From an uncultured Alphaproteobacteria bacterium (lineage in GTDB: Bacteria; Pseudomonadota; Alphaproteobacteria; Rs-D84), in the NCBI GenBank assembly GCA_963931495.1, contig OZ007020.1, forward strand, positions 750,001 to 782,000: a DNA stretch of 32,000 nucleotides, given 5' to 3'. Below, one piece after another: positions 26,994 to 32,000 of the stretch. A model generated the notes under the pieces. It had not been told where the DNA came from. It was given only the letters and a program-made list of their open reading frames with translations, and did no database searches. The first letter of the stretch is position 1, and every line of letters starts with the position of its first letter. The position numbers and the translations under genes were made by a program.

Positions 26994-27710
26994 ATGATAC
27001 GTCCGTCATTGCGCAAACCAGACCAAATTCGCCCAACATCAATGGAAACAGGAATTAATAAATGGGCCGAAGGTTCGTGTCTGATTAAAATGGGCGGAAC
27101 ACATGTTTTATGCACTGCATCAATTGACCTGAACCAACCATTATGGAAACGACTGCAAAATAAAACAGGCGGATGGGTCACCGCGGAATATTCTATGTTG
27201 CCACGCGCCAACGGAACACGGAAATCGCGTGATGCAATGATGCGCGATCACCGGTGCGCGGAAATATCACGCCTGGTTGGGCGCGCATTGCGCAGTGTCA
27301 CAGACATGGAAAAATTGGGACGACATACAATAACAATTGACTGTGACGTAATCCAGGCAGACGGCGGCACGCGGTGCGCATCTGTGACCGGTGGGTTCGT
27401 TGCGTTGGCGTTGGCGGTTCGGCACCTGATGGAACAAGGCCGCATCACCGAAAACCCAATACGGGATTATGTTGCCGCAATTTCAGCCGGCCTGTGGAAC
27501 AACGAATTAATACTGGATTTGGATTATGACGAAGATTGTGCCGCAGAACTGGATTCAAATTTTGTGGTGTCTGGGGCCGGAAAATTTGTTGAAATCCAGG
27601 CCACCGGTGAACAGCATCCATTTGAACAAAATCAAATTATTGAATTAATGAATATGGCGGCCAATGGATGCAAGAAATTAATAGAAATGCAAAAACAAGT
27701 ACTGGCATAA
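26994..27710 (+). CDS. rph: ribonuclease PH
   Basis: The N-terminus reads MIRPSLRKPDQIRP......AEGSCLIKMGGTHVLCTAS, followed by the DCDVIQADGGTR block. AAAGGA SD precedes the ATG. Confidence 0.95.
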   Translation: MIRPSLRKPDQIRPTSMETGINKWAEGSCLIKMGGTHVLCTASIDLNQPLWKRLQNKTGGWVTAEYSMLPRANGTRKSRDAMMRDHRCAEISRLVGRALRSVTDMEKLGRHTITIDCDVIQADGGTRCASVTGGFVALALAVRHLMEQGRITENPIRDYVAAISAGLWNNELILDLDYDEDCAAELDSNFVVSGAGKFVEIQATGEQHPFEQNQIIELMNMAANGCKKLIEMQKQVLA

Positions 27711-27713
27711 CAA

Positions 27714-27747
27714 AAATCCGCCATTCGGCGGATTTTTTATTTTTTTA
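27714..27747. terminator. bidirectional Rho-independent terminator shared by rph and the small lipoprotein gene
   Basis: Stem aaatccgcc (27714-27722) pairs with ggcggattt (27727-27735) around a 4-nt loop. A long T-run follows, and an A-run lies upstream. Confidence 0.8.
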
Positions 27748-27891
27748 GCACCCTGTGGCCGTGCCAATCCATTTAGAAATTGAAATATCCTTGTGTAACA
27801 AGAAATCATATTCACAATTGCCCTGTTTATAATGCCCCATACATGCAGACAATGTCAAAACGGCAAACAACGCCAACATTACTTTTTTCAT
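27745..27891 (-). CDS. 48-aa lipoprotein (short ORF absent from the ORF track)
   Basis: Hand translation gives MKKVMLALFAVLTLSACMGHYKQGNCEYDFLLHKDISISKWIGTATGC. The lipobox is LSAC. AAAGGAGAA lies 5 nt before the ATG, and the gene has its own consensus promoter and a terminator. Confidence 0.7.
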   Translation of the reverse strand: MKKVMLALFAVLTLSACMGHYKQGNCEYDFLLHKDISISKWIGTATGC

Positions 27892-27926
27892 TGCGGTTCT
27901 CCTTTATGCATAAAAAACACGAATAG

Positions 27927-27955
27927 ATTATATAAGAATGTATTAATTAAGGCAA
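27927..27955 (-). promoter_or_regulatory. sigma-70-type promoter for the 48-aa lipoprotein gene
   Basis: The minus strand reads TTGCCT (27955-27950), a 17-nt spacer, then TATAAT (27932-27927). Confidence 0.55.
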
Positions 27956-27960
27956 GCAAC

Positions 27961-28314
27961 TTATATTATACCGCGAATCCAGCGAATTTTGTGCCCTGTA
28001 ACCACAATTGCGTCAAAGCGTGCATCCCCATTCCAATGTGTGCGCGCAATATAAGTTTCAGCCGCACGACGCAAACGCACAGACTGGGCCGGCGTAATCG
28101 CATCCAGTCCAGTGATAACATCATGACGATATTTTACTTCTATGAACAACAACAGATTTTTACGCTTTGCAATTATGTCAATTTCGGCACGTCCAGTATT
28201 TCGGCCGGTTGTATATCGCCGATTTACAATAAGGAATCCATGTATACGCAAATACATCCGCGCAATAAATTCGGCCCACAAGCCTGATTTATAAGAATTA
28301 AATTCCTGTGTCAT
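27961..28314 (-). CDS. yraN: YraN family (UPF0102) predicted endonuclease
   Basis: The pattern GLWAE..A..YL...G..I..RRY....GEIDIIA......L.F.EVK.R is present here as RAEIDIIAKRKNLLLFIEVKYR. The start overlaps the upstream stop as TAATG. Confidence 0.8.
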   Translation of the reverse strand: MTQEFNSYKSGLWAEFIARMYLRIHGFLIVNRRYTTGRNTGRAEIDIIAKRKNLLLFIEVKYRHDVITGLDAITPAQSVRLRRAAETYIARTHWNGDARFDAIVVTGHKIRWIRGII

Positions 28315-29099
28315 TAAAATGCGTATGGTTTGGCCTGGAAATTTTCACGTGCCGCCTGGATATTCTTGGCAACATCAGACGAATACCGACCCATGTCAAC
28401 CAAATCCAATGAACCATAATACGCCGTCATCATTGGGTCATATGCATTATTCGTTGATATCCATTTGTCTGTACCAGAATTTGGCGCACCGTATTTATCC
28501 AAGACACCTTGCCAAAATGCCAAAATTTTCTTTTCGCGCTGGTCAGCAAATTTTTCATTATCGCCTTCTATATCATTAACATCATTGTTATACAGAACAC
28601 GCCATACGACGTTATCACTGGCATTACTGGTAAAATACACAACGATTGTTTCACCGGTTCTTTCGCGTACCAAGTGTAATTCGGACGCATACATCAGTCC
28701 CCTGTCCCGCGCCAACGTATTAATGCATTGTTCCAGTTCATCTGGGGCGACAATACCCTGCTGGCGACACTCGTAATCCAGATTATATTTCCATTCTTTT
28801 TGTATTGAATAAATAATACTGTCTTTTTCACGCGGGCTGTATAATCCCTTGGCCTTAAAGAACAGTGTTTGAATGTCTTCAAACGACGCCCCCAGCATAA
28901 TCCCAGCAATATCAAAATTGCTGACTGTTATTGGCTGGGCCCCGATATTCAAACTGACCGTTTCAGCAGATAAATCACCCGTCCCGCCGTCAGTAATGGC
29001 AAAATTACTGAAATCAAAATCATCTGTGGCCGCATGTGCCCCAAACACACCCCCAGAACAAAATATTAACGCGACAAAAATTTTATATATTTGCTTCAT
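28314..29099 (-). CDS. secreted or periplasmic protein, function unknown
   Basis: The signal peptide is MKQIYKIFVALIFCSGGVFGAHA. The 261-aa product matches no motif I recognise and ends in PYAF. It is translationally coupled to genes on both sides. Confidence 0.55.
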   Translation of the reverse strand: MKQIYKIFVALIFCSGGVFGAHAATDDFDFSNFAITDGGTGDLSAETVSLNIGAQPITVSNFDIAGIMLGASFEDIQTLFFKAKGLYSPREKDSIIYSIQKEWKYNLDYECRQQGIVAPDELEQCINTLARDRGLMYASELHLVRERTGETIVVYFTSNASDNVVWRVLYNNDVNDIEGDNEKFADQREKKILAFWQGVLDKYGAPNSGTDKWISTNNAYDPMMTAYYGSLDLVDMGRYSSDVAKNIQAARENFQAKPYAF

Positions 29100-29104
29100 G
29101 TGTC

Positions 29105-29746
29105 TCAGCCTTGAATAATCTCGTTAACACGAAAATGAAAGACAGTGCACGGATCACCCCCGTTTTCAAGATAATCATGCAAAGCCTGAATGTCTATGTT
29201 TGATAACATACGCGGTTCATATGTTATATCCATAAACATTGTTCCACGTGATTTTTGCGGAATAACGCCGAAATTATTCGGGCCATTCCATGTCGTTAAT
29301 TCATAATTTACAATCCAATACGTACTGTTAACCGGACGCGTAACCCGATCAATAACACGCACAGTACGGAATGCCCTGTTCCCCGCCATTTCTTGGATTG
29401 TGCGCGCTTCGCCATTCAGCCAACTGTCAAATACCGACCGGGATGACATACGCCCCAGTGCACCATTTGCCCCCATACGACGCGCGATATTTTCAACATC
29501 TGGGGCAACATAAAAGTATTCAGTAACATATTTGCGAACCAGCAAATCCAGAAATTCCATTTCACCCATTTCTGTCGGTGTTTCGGGTGTCCCAGGACGA
29601 TGTTCTGACAAATTATTCGGTTGAAAAAAGTATGGTATAATACGCTGGGACGACGTCGCATCATATATTGCCCCAGCCAAATATATCGCCCCACCAGACA
29701 TGGCGACCAATATCAATCCTAATAAAAACAATAATATTTTTTTCAT
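29105..29746 (-). CDS. bitopic membrane protein, VirB8-like (second of a tandem pair)
   Basis: An N-terminal TM segment is followed by SQRIIPYFF, which parallels SQRIDPFIV in the upstream paralog. The periplasmic domain has a VirB8/NTF2-like block order (..KYVTEYFYV.., YWIVNYELTTW, ..DITYEP..). The ATGA overlap links it to the upstream gene. Confidence 0.4.
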   Translation of the reverse strand: MKKILLFLLGLILVAMSGGAIYLAGAIYDATSSQRIIPYFFQPNNLSEHRPGTPETPTEMGEMEFLDLLVRKYVTEYFYVAPDVENIARRMGANGALGRMSSRSVFDSWLNGEARTIQEMAGNRAFRTVRVIDRVTRPVNSTYWIVNYELTTWNGPNNFGVIPQKSRGTMFMDITYEPRMLSNIDIQALHDYLENGGDPCTVFHFRVNEIIQG

Positions 29747-30468
29747 TCGCTTATCTTGTACGCATTAAAATCCGCCACATAATATCCCATCGTTTGCGGA
29801 TATTTTTCCGTGTTACGTGCAATCTTGGCAAACGCAATCACAGATATTTCACCCGCCAAATTTGATTTTATCGTTGCCGTAACCCGCCATGTTCCACCAA
29901 CATCAGACACATTCCCCACCGGTTCCATATAGATTTGATTTTTATCAACAACCCATTCTTCGCCCAGCGCAACACGTTCTTGATACAGCGGCACAACATC
30001 GTATATAAAACGTGAAAACAATTCTTCCCCAGACACACAATACAGATTACATGTTTTATCAGAAAAAGAATATGGACTGGCGGTGCCACAGTCAACATCA
30101 CGTTCGCATGTTTGCCACATTGCGTCATTCACCTGGGCATCCCCAGATACAGAAAACCAATTAGCGGTAAAATTCCCCAGCACAGATTCTTGTAATGCCA
30201 TCTTGGCCGAATATTCAATCGGGCCATTGCCATGAGAATGCCCAACAACCGTCCATTGACCAGTTAATTTATCTATCTCTACAATAAATGGGTCAATCCG
30301 CTGGCTGCGTACCGCCCAGATTAAAATACCACATAAAAATATTACCAACAAAAACGTCACGCACGACGCAATGCCCATAAATCTGGACAACGCCACAGAC
30401 TTTCCCGCCGGGAATGCGGGTGTGTTAAAATCGCTTGGATAATCCAATGGCATCCCCCCCTGTGACAT
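29743..30468 (-). CDS. bitopic membrane protein, VirB8-like (first of a tandem pair)
   Basis: A ~30-aa cytoplasmic N-terminus is followed by one TM segment. Then comes IDPFIVEIDKLTGQWTVV, which matches the VirB8 hallmark EPYV(I/V)RVD..TG....VV. The C-terminal end is P.TMGYYVADFNAYK (compare NPLGFQVTSYR). The length of 241 aa is typical of VirB8. Confidence 0.55.
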   Translation of the reverse strand: MSQGGMPLDYPSDFNTPAFPAGKSVALSRFMGIASCVTFLLVIFLCGILIWAVRSQRIDPFIVEIDKLTGQWTVVGHSHGNGPIEYSAKMALQESVLGNFTANWFSVSGDAQVNDAMWQTCERDVDCGTASPYSFSDKTCNLYCVSGEELFSRFIYDVVPLYQERVALGEEWVVDKNQIYMEPVGNVSDVGGTWRVTATIKSNLAGEISVIAFAKIARNTEKYPQTMGYYVADFNAYKISE

Positions 30469-30475
30469 ATGGCGG

Positions 30476-30622
30476 TTATGCCTGGTACACCATGATGCAC
30501 GCGCATGGGCTTAATTTCAATTCGTTGTTATCGTAACCGACACCCACGGGTTCGCGGTCATAAATCTGGCCACATCCGGCCAGCGCCAATGCAATGAATG
30601 CACCCAGTAAAATTTTTTTCAT
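30476..30622 (-). CDS. 48-aa lipoprotein at the VirB7-like position (short ORF absent from the ORF track)
   Basis: Hand translation gives MKKILLGAFIALALAGCGQIYDREPVGVGYDNNELKLSPCACIMVYQA. The lipobox is LAGC. A strong SD (AAAAGGGGGAAAAGG) precedes the ATG. The stop lies 7 nt before the next gene's ATG. Confidence 0.7.
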   Translation of the reverse strand: MKKILLGAFIALALAGCGQIYDREPVGVGYDNNELKLSPCACIMVYQA

Positions 30623-30653
30623 AACCTTTTCCCCCTTTTATTTCCTTGGTTGA

Positions 30654-30683
30654 ATTATAAGAAAAATTCGCCATCCCGGTCAA
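30654..30683 (-). promoter_or_regulatory. sigma-70-type promoter of the lipoprotein/VirB8-like/yraN operon
   Basis: The minus strand reads TTGACC (30683-30678), an 18-nt spacer, then TATAAT (30659-30654). The promoter begins 10 nt after the bamA stop. Confidence 0.6.
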
Positions 30684-30692
30684 GATATAAAA

Positions 30693-32000
30693 TCAAAACT
30701 GGGTTTCAAATGACAATAAAAAGCGCTGTTCACGGTCATATGGTGTCATTTTAATTGGCCACCCCCAACTGAAATTCATTGGCCCCATCGGCGTATTCCA
30801 ATAAATACCAACACCCGCAGATGTACGAATTGTATCATCAATATAATTTTGTATCAGTATCCCGCCATAATCATATTCGTATTCTTGTTTCGGTGGCTTG
30901 CCCAAGATTCCGTAATCAAAGAATACAAAGCCCTTGACCTGGTATTCGTCTGGGATAAATATCGGAAAGTTTAATTGCACAGAACCATTAATCTTCCATA
31001 ATCCGCCCAACGCATATGTTGAATAGTACCGCGCACGTGAACCAACACCCGCAATATCAAATCCACGCAGTGATTCCCCACCCAAGAAGTAACGATATAC
31101 ACGCGATACGTATGAATCCCCCAGCGGCTGGATTAATCCCAAATCCAATGATGCGCGCAATTGCCACCGGTCATCAAAAAACTTTACCATACCGATAACG
31201 TCCGCATTATACCGCATATATGTTTCGGTTCCACCAAATCCAGTGTACGCAATCCCCAGATTGCCGACAATGCCCGTATGGGTATTTTGTTCAAAATTCG
31301 TGTCCAGGTTATAGTACCGTAAATATGTACCAACTGTAAACAAATTTGCATTACGCCAATCTTGCCCCGTACGCATCGCAGAATACAAATCGTAATTCTG
31401 GTCAAACGCCGCCGACAAGCGCACCGTCTGGGACCAATGGTCGGTCAAACGCCACCCCATGCGCCCGGCAATGGTCAAAGAATCACGGTCATACCCAAAG
31501 CCGCCCAGTGACGTATAATCATACATTGTGTATGCAACATCAAAGCCCGCCGACAATGGCCGACCAAACAAATATGGTTCGGTGAAACTGAATAATGCCT
31601 GTTTTTGATATTGCGCCAACGATGCGCGTAATTGCACCACTTGGCCCCGCCCCATAAAGTTAGATTCAGAAATTCCTGCATCAACCATAAATCCGTTTAT
31701 GTTTGACCACCCAAATCCACCAGATAATTCGCCGGTTGGTTGTTCTTCAACCTGGATGTCCAAGTTTATCATATTTGCATCAGCAATACGATTAGGCACC
31801 ATCTGGACATTTTTGAAATACCGCGTACGCATCAAATTCTGGCGCGCTTCTTCAATTGTCTGTAATGAAAATGGATCGCCCGAACGCATCGGCACCAATT
31901 GTTCAATCACAGAATCAAATGTACGAACATTACCTAAAATATTTATATTATTCAGGTATATTCTGTTTGTGGGCTGGATTCTGAAATTTATATCAATTGT
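30693..32000 (-). CDS. bamA: outer membrane protein assembly factor BamA, C-terminal part (gene continues beyond the right edge)
   Basis: The last POTRA domain and the Omp85 barrel are visible (FLGGESLRGFD, C-terminal LLSFETQF). The reading frame stays open from 31910 to position 32000 (TIDINFRIQPTNRIYLNNINILGNVRTFDSVIEQ...), so the track's Met at 31910 is internal. Confidence 0.9.
   Translation of the reverse strand, partial: TIDINFRIQPTNRIYLNNINILGNVRTFDSVIEQLVPMRSGDPFSLQTIEEARQNLMRTRYFKNVQMVPNRIADANMINLDIQVEEQPTGELSGGFGWSNINGFMVDAGISESNFMGRGQVVQLRASLAQYQKQALFSFTEPYLFGRPLSAGFDVAYTMYDYTSLGGFGYDRDSLTIAGRMGWRLTDHWSQTVRLSAAFDQNYDLYSAMRTGQDWRNANLFTVGTYLRYYNLDTNFEQNTHTGIVGNLGIAYTGFGGTETYMRYNADVIGMVKFFDDRWQLRASLDLGLIQPLGDSYVSRVYRYFLGGESLRGFDIAGVGSRARYYSTYALGGLWKINGSVQLNFPIFIPDEYQVKGFVFFDYGILGKPPKQEYEYDYGGILIQNYIDDTIRTSAGVGIYWNTPMGPMNFSWGWPIKMTPYDREQRFLLSFETQF

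Noticed and set aside
27832-28287. 151-aa plus-strand ORF
   Set aside because: It is antisense to yraN and to the small lipoprotein gene, both of which have recognisable motifs and expression signals.
1-32000. Scan for tRNA, rRNA, CRISPR repeats, integrase or transposase, toxin-antitoxin pairs and prophage genes
   Set aside because: The longest intergenic regions are about 210 nt. None contains a tRNA-like T-arm or acceptor pattern or regularly spaced repeats. No ORF shows recombinase or phage hallmark motifs.

Overview
The window is a gene-dense, mostly housekeeping chromosomal segment from a diderm (Gram-negative) bacterium. I count about 37 protein genes. I recognised no rRNA, tRNA, CRISPR array, transposase or integrase. 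Several features fit a compact alphaproteobacterial genome, possibly host-associated: tilS-ftsH and lepB-rnc linkage, an RpoH-type CTTG-N18-CTATAT promoter before groES, small Omp25/31-like barrels, and an RNase E with an acidic insertion. The taxon is inference only. Recognisable genes are groES (partial), HIT, DUF167, LOG, tilS, ftsH, an MBL hydrolase, a GNAT, an alpha/beta-hydrolase lipoprotein, secG, rnc, lepB, comM/yifB, an ABC exporter, a class A PBP, ackA, an M48/TPR protease, recG, rne, rph, yraN and bamA (partial). Two regions stand out. (1) Three secreted, very cysteine-rich paralogs sit at two loci (4898-6325 and 18268-18855). Each locus is preceded by the same ~129-bp non-coding element, which has long inverted and direct repeats and is far better conserved than the genes themselves. 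It could be a regulatory switch or a structured leader. (2) Directly after bamA lies a tightly coupled five-gene operon with its own consensus promoter (27961-30683). It encodes a 48-aa lipoprotein absent from the ORF track, two tandem bitopic VirB8-like proteins, a secreted protein of unknown function, and yraN. No other type IV secretion genes are present. All calls rest on hand translation and motif recognition. No database search, HMM run or RNA folding was possible.
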